Made by a program: the position numbers and the translations under genes. 33,749 bases of DNA. Source: Dehalococcoidia bacterium (GTDB lineage: Bacteria > Chloroflexota > Dehalococcoidia > JACVQG01 > JAZFUS01). Location: positions 1-33,749 of the forward strand of contig JAZFUS010000348.1 of NCBI GenBank assembly GCA_036447315.1, given 5' to 3'. Within the stretch, counting starts at the first letter, position 1, and the number at the start of each line of letters is the position of its first letter. This document shows positions 22,248 to 31,504 of this stretch, in pieces. The notes under the pieces were generated by a model that worked only from the letters and a program-made list of their open reading frames with translations, made no database searches and had not been told where the DNA came from.

Positions 22248-22276
22248 CCCCCTGGTGGCAGACAGCTGCCAGGGGG
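22248..22276 (+). terminator. strong stem-loop after the tube gene
   Basis: CCCCCTGGTGGC 22248-22259 pairs with GCTGCCAGGGGG 22265-22276 (12 bp including two G:U, 5-nt loop). A second weaker hairpin is CCGGGTG 22191-22197 with CACCCGG 22214-22220. Confidence 0.5.
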
Positions 22277-22307
22277 CGACGGGATCCAAACACAAAACGG
22301 GGGAGCT

Positions 22308-22904
22308 ATGGATCGACAGAAGATCCAGGACCAGGCCACAGCCCTGCGGGCCAAGGTCAGGGCCATGGACGACGGTGCCCTGGTGGGGCCGGGGCTAATA
22401 CGTTTCGACGTCGAGGTGGGCAAGGACGAGCTGGAGCTGGTGTTCCGGATCCCCGACCTGCAGGACGTGGCCGAGCTGGACATGGAGCTGCCGGTCCTGC
22501 CGGTGGAGGGGGCCAGCGAGGAGTCCCTGGTGGCCATGGTCGAGGACGGCAAGCAGGTCGAGGCCATGGAGCTGCTGCTGGCCAAGCCCGAGGGGATCAA
22601 AAACTTCATGCAGCGGGCCAGCAGGCTGCTGACCATCTGCAGCTACAAGCCCAAGCTGGTGGACGAGCCCGAGGCACAGGAGGGCAGCTACCCCGTCCGG
22701 GCCCTGCCCAGCCAGACCCGGGTGTATCTATTCATGTCGCTGATGGGGGCGGCTGGGTTCACGGCTGCAGCGGCCAAGGAAGTGGCCCCTTTTGCAGGAG
22801 CAGGTCCCTCCTCCGAGCCTGCGACACAATCGCCAGGAGGTACGGCGGATACCCCGACGACATCATCGACCCAGGACACAGGTGGACCGAGTTCCAGCGG
22901 CTGA
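22308..22904 (+). CDS. tail assembly chaperone (G-like, zero-frame product)
   Basis: GGGGGAG lies before ATG 22308. It occupies the canonical slot upstream of the tape measure. The last roughly 36 codons are S/T/P/G low complexity. Confidence 0.8.
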   Translation: MDRQKIQDQATALRAKVRAMDDGALVGPGLIRFDVEVGKDELELVFRIPDLQDVAELDMELPVLPVEGASEESLVAMVEDGKQVEAMELLLAKPEGIKNFMQRASRLLTICSYKPKLVDEPEAQEGSYPVRALPSQTRVYLFMSLMGAAGFTAAAAKEVAPFAGAGPSSEPATQSPGGTADTPTTSSTQDTGGPSSSG

Positions 22905-23017
22905 CGTTCCGAGTCTACGCCCACAATGCCGGGGTGGCGGCGGAGAACAAGGCCAGCAGAGAGGCCACGAGGAAGGCCAGGAGTAGAGGCGGAACGGGGG
23001 GAGGGAGGCTAGGTTAA
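22308..23017 (+). CDS. tail assembly chaperone, -1 frameshift fusion (GT-like)
   Basis: After slippage at 22787-22793 the -1 frame reads CRSRSLLRACDTIARRYGGYPDDIIDPGHRWTEFQRLTFRVYAHNAGVAAENKASREATRKARSRG.... Its G/C third-position bias is better than the zero frame's. It ends in TAATG with the TMP start. Confidence 0.6.
22787..22793 (+). promoter_or_regulatory. -1 programmed ribosomal frameshift slippery heptamer C CCT TTT
   Basis: This is an X XXY YYZ heptamer in the zero frame of 22308-22904. The -1 frame stays open to TAA 23015-23017, which overlaps the TMP start codon. Confidence 0.65.
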
Positions 23018-25575
23018 TGGCCACGCGGAACGCCAGGGTGATCCTGACGGCCCAGGACAGGGCCAGCCGCAAGATCCTGCGGGTCAGCGGGGCCCTGAAG
23101 GGCCTGGGGGCCCTGGCCGTCATGGTGGGGGCGGTCCAGATCGGGCGCAAGATGGTCCGGGGCATCACCGAGGGCGTCAAGGTGTTCGCGGACTGGGACG
23201 CCAAGCTGTCCGGGACGGCTGCAGTCCTGGGCAAGAACCGGGGCGAAATGATGGCCCTGGAGAAGCAGTCCAAGCTGCTGGGGCGGACCACGCAGTTCAC
23301 GGCCAGGCAGGTGGCGGAGGCGCAGTTCACGTTTGCCAAGGCCGGGTTCGACGTCCAGAAAATCTACTCCACCATCCCCGGCACCATGAACCTGGCGGCG
23401 GCTGCCGAGATCAGCGTGGGGGAAGCGGCTGACATCACCGCCAAGCTGCTGGCAGGGTTCAACCTGGAGGCCAGCGCAGCGGCGGACGTGGCCGACCTGC
23501 TGGCCCTGACGGCAAACAGCGCCAACACCACCATCACCGAGCTGGCCGAGGGGTTCAAGTTCGCGGTCCCGGCATCCAAGTCCCTGGGCGTGGGCATCAC
23601 CGAAATGAACGCGGCCATGGCAGTCCTGTCCGACCGGGCCCTGGGCGGGTCCATCGGCGGCACCGGCCTGGCCAAGACCTTCACGACCCTGCTGGGCAGC
23701 ATCAACAAGGTCGAGGGTGCCATCGGCCTGGACGGCGGCCTGCGGGAGCAGCTGTTCAAGGTGGGCGCGGACGGGAAGTCCACGTTTATCGGCCTGGTCC
23801 CGGCCCTGAAGCTGCTGCAGGAGAACGGGGTCAACGCCGGGAACGTGTACAAGATTTTCGGGGAGCGGGCGGGCAAGGTGGCCGACACCCTGCTGCGGAA
23901 CATCGACGCCCTGGAGGCCATGACCACAGCCCTGGGCAAGCGGAAGGGGGTGGCCAAGGCCGTGGCAGAGGCCAAGCTGGACAACTTCAAGGGGGACGTG
24001 ACCAAGCTGAAATCGGCATTCGAGGGCCTGCAGCTGACGGTGGGGGAGAAGCTGAACGAGGGCCTGCGGATCCTGGCCCAGCAGCTGACCCTGGTGGTCC
24101 AAATGTTCACCGAGTCCACGGAGGGGGGTAACACGTTCGCCAGCCTGCTGGAATTCCTGGCCAGCCTGCTGGCCAACCTGGTCAATGCCTTCCTGTTCGT
24201 GGGGAAGTGGGCGAACATCATCTGGACCGGGATCGTGGTGGGGGTCAGGGAGCTGGTGGCCATCATGATCGAGGTGTTCGCCACCATCGTGGACCAGGTC
24301 ACCGGCCTGATGCGGGCCCTGAACTTCGGCGGGATTTTCGACGACGCCATCGAGAGCGTCAACAATTTCGCCAAGGCCAACTGGGACGCAGCGGAGTCAG
24401 TCCGGGACGGCAGTGCCGACATGATCCGGAACACCATGGCCACCAGTGCGGCCATAGACGAAACCAGGGCCCAATTTGACGCTGTGGCGGAAGCCGTCAG
24501 GGCGGCAGCCGACGAGACCGAGCGGCTGGCAGAGGCAGCAGCGTCAGGGGAGCAGGTCGAGGAGGACGCCCAGACCAGCGCCGACGTGGACCAGGAAGGC
24601 ACCGACCTGGGGCCCACCACCGACGAGATCGAGGAGCAGCAGAAGGCAGCGGCGGCCATCCGGCTGTCCGTCAAGGAACAGACCCTGGCCCACGAGCGGG
24701 AGCTGGAGAAGCAGGCATTCCAGATCCGGATGCAGGATCTGATCGTCCAGCAGGAGGAGGAGGCAGCGTTCGGGGACCAGGGGGCACAGGCCAAGTTCGA
24801 GCTGGCCCAGCTTCACGCCCAGGAGCGGCTGGAGATGGAGCGGGAGTTCGCCCTGATGACCACCGGCCCCGAGGCCCTGGCCGAGGACCTGATCCTGATG
24901 GAGGAGCGCCACCTGATGGAGATGGAGGCCCTGGAGGAGAACGAGCTGGAAAAGACCGAGCTGCTGCAGCTGCACCTGCTGGAGCGCAAGATCCTGGAGG
25001 ACCAGCACAATGCGGCCAAGCTGAAGGCCATCAGGACCCTGGCGGCAGCCGAGAACAAGGCCATGCGGGGCCAGCACAAGTTCCAGAAGAAGTCCAACAA
25101 GCAGGCAGTGGGCGAGGGGCTGCAGCTGATGCAGCAGTTCGCCGGGAAGTCCAAGACCGTGGCCATCGGCCTGGCCCTGATCGACACCTTCAGGGGCATG
25201 GCCCGAGCCTTCAACGACTATATGTTCCCGGCCAGCGCCATCATCGCGGCCCTGGTGGGGGCTGCCGGTCTGGCCCAGGTGGCCAACATCCGGAAGCAGA
25301 AGTTCGCCCACGGCGGCCAGGTCCAGGGGATGGGCGGGATCGACAGCGTCAGCGCAGGCCTGACACCAGGGGAGCTGGTGGCAGACACCACGGCCCAGGA
25401 GGGCAGGGACATCCTGGGCGGCAGGGCGTCCATCGTGCCAGCGGGCGGCGGCGGCGGCGGGAACACCATCATCATCGAGGGGGACGTGATCGACCCCGAG
25501 GAGTTCTTCAGGCGGAACAGCCAGGGGATCGGCCTGGCCCTGGAGCAGCTGCAGGCTGACGGAGGCACGATCTAA
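23017..25575 (+). CDS. tail tape measure protein
   Basis: The ORF codes 852 aa. It has a TP901-type core signature (LGRTTQFTARQVAEAQFTFAKAGF), hydrophobic segments and long coiled-coil stretches. Confidence 0.95.
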   Translation: MATRNARVILTAQDRASRKILRVSGALKGLGALAVMVGAVQIGRKMVRGITEGVKVFADWDAKLSGTAAVLGKNRGEMMALEKQSKLLGRTTQFTARQVAEAQFTFAKAGFDVQKIYSTIPGTMNLAAAAEISVGEAADITAKLLAGFNLEASAAADVADLLALTANSANTTITELAEGFKFAVPASKSLGVGITEMNAAMAVLSDRALGGSIGGTGLAKTFTTLLGSINKVEGAIGLDGGLREQLFKVGADGKSTFIGLVPALKLLQENGVNAGNVYKIFGERAGKVADTLLRNIDALEAMTTALGKRKGVAKAVAEAKLDNFKGDVTKLKSAFEGLQLTVGEKLNEGLRILAQQLTLVVQMFTESTEGGNTFASLLEFLASLLANLVNAFLFVGKWANIIWTGIVVGVRELVAIMIEVFATIVDQVTGLMRALNFGGIFDDAIESVNNFAKANWDAAESVRDGSADMIRNTMATSAAIDETRAQFDAVAEAVRAAADETERLAEAAASGEQVEEDAQTSADVDQEGTDLGPTTDEIEEQQKAAAAIRLSVKEQTLAHERELEKQAFQIRMQDLIVQQEEEAAFGDQGAQAKFELAQLHAQERLEMEREFALMTTGPEALAEDLILMEERHLMEMEALEENELEKTELLQLHLLERKILEDQHNAAKLKAIRTLAAAENKAMRGQHKFQKKSNKQAVGEGLQLMQQFAGKSKTVAIGLALIDTFRGMARAFNDYMFPASAIIAALVGAAGLAQVANIRKQKFAHGGQVQGMGGIDSVSAGLTPGELVADTTAQEGRDILGGRASIVPAGGGGGGNTIIIEGDVIDPEEFFRRNSQGIGLALEQLQADGGTI

Positions 25576-25958
25576 TGGCAGCGGACTACAACTTCACCCC
25601 GGACCACGGATACAAGGGCAGGATCAAGGTCGAGAAAACGACCATCAACGACCTGGAGGACCACAGCGAGATCCGGCTGGAGGCCGGGGAGTCCCTGGGC
25701 GGGGAGTACAGCGAAAGATACCGGCTGTCCGGGGCGGACCTGGTCAGTATGCTGGCGTTCTTCAAGACCAGGAGGCTGGTGGTGCCCTTCACCAAGCTGA
25801 CCTATGACCCCGGGGACGTGGGGTTTGACCCGGACGACCCGGCCAGCGTCACCGGCCCCATCGAGACCGTCCGATTCATGGCCGAGCCCACCTGGCGGAT
25901 GTCCTTCGTGGACGACTACAGCGTCACCTGCAAGTTCAAGAAGCTGGTCAACGAGTGA
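25575..25958 (+). CDS. distal/minor tail protein (lambda gpM-like position)
   Basis: ATG 25575 lies in a TAATG overlap. The 127-aa ORF follows the TMP directly. Function is assigned from position and size only. Confidence 0.7.
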   Translation: MAADYNFTPDHGYKGRIKVEKTTINDLEDHSEIRLEAGESLGGEYSERYRLSGADLVSMLAFFKTRRLVVPFTKLTYDPGDVGFDPDDPASVTGPIETVRFMAEPTWRMSFVDDYSVTCKFKKLVNE

Positions 25959-28900
25959 ACACCCACACCGAGGCCGTCAGCCTGCTGCTGGCCAAGCGGG
26001 CCCTGGACGGGGTGCCCGTGGTCGAGGTCTACCCGCCGGGCTACGACCGGCTGCGCCCCGTGTTCCTGAACGGCAACCTGGACGCCTGGAGCGGGGGCGA
26101 CCCGGACAGCTACAGCATCAACGAGGCAGGCGGGTCCATCGTGGAGGGGACGGCAGACGCTGACGTCCACACCCTGGGCGGCAGTTCTGCCATCTGCACC
26201 AAGACCAGCCAGCCCCTGGTGTCATTCATTCAGGACATCAAGAACATCAACACCCCCTTGACCAGCACCCAGGGGCTGACCCCGGGGAAGTGGTATCACG
26301 CCAGCGGGTGGACCAAGGTGGACGGGGTCATGACCGGCCTGGGGCCCTACCTGCGGATATTCAACCAGACCACGGGGACGGAATACCTGCAGCTGGACGG
26401 CACCTGGTCCAGCGTGGTCACCAACCACCTGATCAACCCCACCATGTCCACGGACTGGGTCAGGTTCTCCGTCTGGTTCCAGATCCCCACCACGTTCGGG
26501 TCCACGGACGCCGTCCGGTGGACCATCAGGGAGAACGTCAGCACGGTGGGGATCTACTACCTGGACGACCTGAACGTCCAGGGGCCGTTCGAACGGCCTG
26601 CCCTGTTCTACTCCAAGCAGGCCCTGACGTTCCAGGGTGACACCTACACCAGCAGGATCGTGAAGTCCGGGCCCTACCGTGACAGCCTGAAGCCCATCCA
26701 GCCACGCGGGACCGTGGATCTGGCCAACGCCGACCGGCCCCTGCGGCCCTACATGGAGCCCGAGGACCTGATCAGCGGCGGGCGGATCTATCACCGGCTG
26801 GTGTTCCTGGACGCCAGCAGCGGGTTCGCCCCGACAGGTGACAGCCAGATATTCTGGCAGGGCGTGGCCAAGCGGCCCAGGCGGGGGACCGACAAGTCCG
26901 TCACCATCACGGCAGTGGGGCGGCTGAACCCCAGGAAAATCCCGGTCCCGGGGCGGCGGTTCTCCCACCGGTGCCAGGTCAGGAAGTTCGGGGACGGGGT
27001 GGATTGTCTGTACACCACCACGACCACCACCACCAACGGGAACGAGGCCCCGGCGGCACCCAGTGCCCTGCCGTCCGTGACGGACGGGACCCTCCTGGTG
27101 GACGGCCAGACCATCGAGATCGGGAACAGCGGGCCGGTCACCATCGTGTCCGGTGGTGGCACCGGGGCCCTGACCGTCACCCCCGTGATCAACTGGAAGG
27201 TGGGGGACATTGTCCGTTACACCCAGTGCGACCGGACATTCGAGTCCTGCACCAAGCGGGTCCGCACCCAGGAGTTCCAGGGGTTCCGGCTGGTGGACGT
27301 GGTGACCGGGATTTACCTGTCATCCCTGGGGTCATCAGTGAAAGCGTCAGACCTGGAGGCCACAGGCAACCCCCTGGGCCTGGACATACTGGAGCATCTG
27401 GCGGGCTATCCTGGGATATTCGGCACCCCGAAAGTCACGGCAGGCAGCAGGGGGGACCCCAGCAAGGTGGTCCCGTTCCTGATCGGGCGGAGGTGGATCG
27501 AGGGCAAGCTGGTCGAGGAGATCAGCGTGGTCCAGAGCGGTGCCGAGAAGGTGAACATCAAGATCATCGTGCTGTCCGAGGGCGGACCAGCCGGGATCGG
27601 GGACGTCCTGCGGGCCAGGGACGACGAGGAGCCGTTCCCCAACGACCTGGACACCGGGCGGCTGATCAGCGGGACCTACTGGAGGGCGGGCGGCATCGGG
27701 ATCACCGGGGACGAGGACGACGCGGCCTATGATGGAGACCCCGGCGGGGCAGTCCCGGACGAGCGGCCCCAGAACATCGACCTGGCCACATCCACCGGGA
27801 CCACCATGTCCAGGACGGCCTACGCCATCGTGTACCGCAAGGCCGACGAGGACAGCGGGTCCGGGGACGACGGCAAGTATAGGTTCGACACCTTCGGCAT
27901 TAAGCTGCAGAAGTACCTGGCCACCGGGGCCGTGGACGGCAGCCCCCTGACCCTGCCCAGCGGGATCTGGGGCTGCGTCATGCTGGCCACCACCAAGCGG
28001 TTCGGGTTCGACCTGACCCCTGGCGACATCGACATGGCCGTGGCCAAGCCAGCGGCGGACTACTGTGCCACCGAGATCACCAGCCTGCTGGCTGTCACCA
28101 GGACGTCTGGAGGGTCAACCGGCACCGAGGTGACCGTCCTGTCAGTGCGGGGATTTTTCCCCGGGCAGAAGGTGGACGTGGGCGGGGACACCGGGCTGAC
28201 CATCCTGGACGTCCATCAGCAGGTCAACCAGATCGTGCTGACCACCAGCATCACCTACGCCGACGACGAGGTGGTCCAGGGCTACCCTCTACGATTCGAG
28301 AGCCACTGGTCCAAGAGTGACAGCGGGGACGGCCTGAAGGCCATCAACCAGCTGCTGGCGTCCTGTGCGGGCTTCATGGCCCAGGACCACGGCAGCGGCA
28401 AGGTCCAGTTCGACACCGAGCGGGACACCGTGTCCGACATCATGCTGAACGGGGATTTTGACATCTGGGGGGGTGGGGTTCCACAGAATTGGGCAGCAGG
28501 TACGGGCGGGACCAACACCATCACCGAGGAGACCACCATAGTCCACACGGCTGGGGGCAGTTCTGTCCTCATGACCAGGAATTCAGCCGGGGAGCTGCGC
28601 CTGATCCAGTCGGCCATGGCAGCCAGGTTCCAGGCAGCAGGGGCGGGGTGGTATCTGGCCACCTGCTGGGTCCAGGTCAGCAGTGCCAGCACGTTCGGGT
28701 TCGGGCGGTTCCCCACCAAGCTGCCCTTCGAGCTGCGGGTCCGGGCCAACCCGTTCGGGACCGGACTCTACTGGGACGGCGAGGCCAGCCCACCGGACTG
28801 GACGTCCTCGAATTCCCCGGCGGTCAGGGTGGCAGGCCGGGTGGGGGAATGGGTCAAGCTATACGCGGCCTTCAAGATGCCCCAGGCCTACCTGGACGAG

Positions 28901-31504
28901 GGCGGGCTGACCGTCCAGGTCGAGTTCCACAATCTGGGGGACGAGACCATCGGGGAGGACCTGCTGACCTATGTTGACGACTTCAAGATCGAGGGCCCCC
29001 TGGAGGGCTACTACCGGGACACCGACGACAACTGGCCAGCGGCGGAGACCATCACCGGCGGGGACATGGAGACCTGGGCGGCGGGCGTCCCGACCCCGGG
29101 CTGGGGCAAAATCCAGCTGAACGGCGGCCTGGTCGAGGAGGACCTGGTCACGTTCAAGACCGGGGCCGGGGCGGCCAAGTGTACCAGCGGGACCGGCACC
29201 TACCTGCAATTCAATTTTGCCGAGCTGATGCCCGGCAGGGAGTACGAGCTGACTCTGTGGCAGTTCTACCCCACCCAGGCGGCTGTGTTCAGCGGGGCCC
29301 CAGACGTCCAGATATTCAGCCACCAGACCAACAATTACTGCGAGATGGACGGAAAGACCTGGTCCGGGGGGCGGAAGTCCTGCTACCAGCCTGGGCTGCA
29401 GGGAGACCACCGGCGGGACCTGTGGACCTTCCACACGGTGCGGTTCACCGTCGAGACCGACCACGAGGTATGGCAGTCCATCCAGATCAGGATCCGGTTC
29501 GATGAGCCAGGGGCCCAGGTGACCTACCTGGACGACATCAGCATCCGGGGCCCCATCGACCGGATCCCCCTGTCCCAGCCCGGCATGGGGATCCTGAAGG
29601 GGTCCTTCAGGTGGCTGAACGACGACGACGAGCGGCGGGACTTCAACCAGTTCGCCGTCAGCTACTCCGACGAGGCCAAGGGCGGGAAGGACGTGATCCA
29701 CGAGGTCAACGACTACGCCAGGCAGGACCGGGATGGGGTGGTCAAGCGGCACGAGGTCACCCTGGACGCCGTGGCCCACGAGGTCCACGCGGCCAGGATC
29801 GCCAAGCTGAACCGGGACAAGCTGATCGCCAGCGGGTCAGGGGCCAAGATCCAGGTGCCCTGGTACGGGCTGCTGGCCCAGCCCGGCGGGGTGGTGGCCA
29901 TCCGGCACGAGGCCCCAGGCTGGACCGGTGCCCTGAAGCGGATCACCAAGCGGGACATCCAGGGCATCGGGGCCAGGGCCGAGCTGACCACCAAGCTGGA
30001 CGTCCAGGACTACCGGGAGGCCAGCTACCAGCAGGACGCCGACCCTGACGGGGACGACAGTGACCTAACACCAGGAGCGTCCACCCTGGACCTGATCATC
30101 GACAGCTTCAGCCAGGCGGGCGTGGGCATCATCGGCGGGAAGGCTGTCCATATGCACTGGGAGAACGCCAACCCCATCAGCCTGGGCACCTACACCACCA
30201 AGTGGTACAGGTCCACCGTCACCGGGTTCACGCCAGGCCCCACCAACCGGTTCCAGGGCGGGATCAGTGCCACCGGGCAGCAGGCCATATATCAGCCCAC
30301 CGAGGCCGAGACCGGGGGCAGCCTGTTCTTCGTGGTCAAGGTGTTCTTTCCGAGCGGCTACAGCCTGATGTCCGACGAGGAGGAGGTCCTGGTGACAGGG
30401 GTGACCAACCCGGGCCAGGATCCGACATCGACCGAGTACACCCCGGGGAACAATCTGATCATCAGGTCAGAGATCAACGAGTTCAACGGTTCGCCAGCGT
30501 CTGGCTGGTTCGGTTCGGGCCCAGTGGCCACCCTGACGTCCCTGAAGCCCACAGACCACGAGCCCGTGACCGAATTCGACAACGAGATGCAGAACGCCGG
30601 GAACGCCATCGACGGGGCCCTGGGCAGTGACGCTGGGACGTTCGCTGGTGCCTTCGTGACCACGCAGGGATTCGTCCACGGAAATGACTTCTTCTTCACC
30701 GGAACGCCTCCCGGCGTGTTCCGCAAGGGCTACTACGCCTGCAAAAGTGAGGTCACAGGCGGCCTGCCCGGCAAGAACGAAGGGAAGTTTATGTACTCCA
30801 TGAACGGCGCAGCGGGGCCGTGGTACGACTTCCATTTCGTGGTCAACCTGCCAGGTGCCAGCACCCTGCTGGGGCCGTTCCACGGTGGCGAATTTGACGA
30901 CCTGCGGATCCGGGCCTGCGGGTACAAGCTGGGCACGGCCAATATGACCTTCAGGGTCTGGGACATCGTGTTCAACGCCGTGGTCAACGCCTCCAACATC
31001 ACCTTCATGTACGGCGGGGCCCTGACCCTGTGCAGCGACGGGATCACAGCCCAGACCATCGAGCAGATCCTGCCCACGGCCACCATGTCGATGGTCCAGG
31101 ACGGCACGTTCTTCGTGTTCTCGTGTTTCGTCCGCAGCTGGGAGGACGTCCCGGACGCCCGGCTGTTCGTGAAGATCAAATCCGCCACCGAGGACTTCCA
31201 GACCATCCTGGCCCTGGACTGGACCGACCATATCCTGGCCACCGGGTGGCGGCGGTTTGCCACGCGGGTGAAGCTGTCGGACGGGTTCAAGCAGGGGCCG
31301 TTTACCCTCCAGTTCAAGACCGAGTCCACCAAGTACATCCAGATCGTGCGGCCCATGCTGACGGTGGGACAGCAGGTTTTTGCGTGGGGCGTCCACCAGT
31401 CCGAGTCCCACCCCCTGACCCCGTTCCCGTTCGGAGATGTCGCCAACTTTACGCCAGGACCGTGGACCGATACGATGATCCGTATAGCGGAGGTGACACC
31501 ATGA
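25955..31504 (+). CDS. giant tail tip protein: gpL/BR0599-like hub domain fused to gpJ-like host-specificity protein, with CBM-like insertions
   Basis: GTG 25955 lies in a GTGA overlap and the ORF codes 1849 aa. Cys motifs RCQVRKFGDGVDC and QCDRTFESCTKRVRTQEFQGF resemble the gpL/BR0599 pattern. VVPFLIGRRWIEGKLV is a J-like N-terminal signature. Three paralogous NG.(F/L)D.W.GG...YLDD modules are present. Confidence 0.9.
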   Translation: MNTHTEAVSLLLAKRALDGVPVVEVYPPGYDRLRPVFLNGNLDAWSGGDPDSYSINEAGGSIVEGTADADVHTLGGSSAICTKTSQPLVSFIQDIKNINTPLTSTQGLTPGKWYHASGWTKVDGVMTGLGPYLRIFNQTTGTEYLQLDGTWSSVVTNHLINPTMSTDWVRFSVWFQIPTTFGSTDAVRWTIRENVSTVGIYYLDDLNVQGPFERPALFYSKQALTFQGDTYTSRIVKSGPYRDSLKPIQPRGTVDLANADRPLRPYMEPEDLISGGRIYHRLVFLDASSGFAPTGDSQIFWQGVAKRPRRGTDKSVTITAVGRLNPRKIPVPGRRFSHRCQVRKFGDGVDCLYTTTTTTTNGNEAPAAPSALPSVTDGTLLVDGQTIEIGNSGPVTIVSGGGTGALTVTPVINWKVGDIVRYTQCDRTFESCTKRVRTQEFQGFRLVDVVTGIYLSSLGSSVKASDLEATGNPLGLDILEHLAGYPGIFGTPKVTAGSRGDPSKVVPFLIGRRWIEGKLVEEISVVQSGAEKVNIKIIVLSEGGPAGIGDVLRARDDEEPFPNDLDTGRLISGTYWRAGGIGITGDEDDAAYDGDPGGAVPDERPQNIDLATSTGTTMSRTAYAIVYRKADEDSGSGDDGKYRFDTFGIKLQKYLATGAVDGSPLTLPSGIWGCVMLATTKRFGFDLTPGDIDMAVAKPAADYCATEITSLLAVTRTSGGSTGTEVTVLSVRGFFPGQKVDVGGDTGLTILDVHQQVNQIVLTTSITYADDEVVQGYPLRFESHWSKSDSGDGLKAINQLLASCAGFMAQDHGSGKVQFDTERDTVSDIMLNGDFDIWGGGVPQNWAAGTGGTNTITEETTIVHTAGGSSVLMTRNSAGELRLIQSAMAARFQAAGAGWYLATCWVQVSSASTFGFGRFPTKLPFELRVRANPFGTGLYWDGEASPPDWTSSNSPAVRVAGRVGEWVKLYAAFKMPQAYLDEGGLTVQVEFHNLGDETIGEDLLTYVDDFKIEGPLEGYYRDTDDNWPAAETITGGDMETWAAGVPTPGWGKIQLNGGLVEEDLVTFKTGAGAAKCTSGTGTYLQFNFAELMPGREYELTLWQFYPTQAAVFSGAPDVQIFSHQTNNYCEMDGKTWSGGRKSCYQPGLQGDHRRDLWTFHTVRFTVETDHEVWQSIQIRIRFDEPGAQVTYLDDISIRGPIDRIPLSQPGMGILKGSFRWLNDDDERRDFNQFAVSYSDEAKGGKDVIHEVNDYARQDRDGVVKRHEVTLDAVAHEVHAARIAKLNRDKLIASGSGAKIQVPWYGLLAQPGGVVAIRHEAPGWTGALKRITKRDIQGIGARAELTTKLDVQDYREASYQQDADPDGDDSDLTPGASTLDLIIDSFSQAGVGIIGGKAVHMHWENANPISLGTYTTKWYRSTVTGFTPGPTNRFQGGISATGQQAIYQPTEAETGGSLFFVVKVFFPSGYSLMSDEEEVLVTGVTNPGQDPTSTEYTPGNNLIIRSEINEFNGSPASGWFGSGPVATLTSLKPTDHEPVTEFDNEMQNAGNAIDGALGSDAGTFAGAFVTTQGFVHGNDFFFTGTPPGVFRKGYYACKSEVTGGLPGKNEGKFMYSMNGAAGPWYDFHFVVNLPGASTLLGPFHGGEFDDLRIRACGYKLGTANMTFRVWDIVFNAVVNASNITFMYGGALTLCSDGITAQTIEQILPTATMSMVQDGTFFVFSCFVRSWEDVPDARLFVKIKSATEDFQTILALDWTDHILATGWRRFATRVKLSDGFKQGPFTLQFKTESTKYIQIVRPMLTVGQQVFAWGVHQSESHPLTPFPFGDVANFTPGPWTDTMIRIAEVTP

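Noticed and set aside
22792-22986. +1-frame ORF (MQEQVPPPSLRHNRQEVRRIPRRHH...) as the chaperone extension.
   Set aside because: The translation is Arg-rich and low-complexity. The -1 frame has the slippery heptamer, better third-position bias and a stop coupled to the TMP start.
27014-27034. ACC/ACG trinucleotide run (Thr7) in the tail protein, and the (GGC)n run near 25444-25461 in the TMP, as slipped-strand phase-variation tracts.
   Set aside because: The runs are only about 7 and 6 units and are interrupted. Being trinucleotide, they preserve the reading frame. They are more plausibly flexible linkers.
25955-31504. Diversity-generating retroelement (template/variable repeat) explanation for the repeated modules in the tail protein.
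   Set aside because: The modules are diverged paralogues recognisable only at protein-motif level, not near-identical nucleotide repeats with A-specific differences. No reverse transcriptase gene lies in the window.
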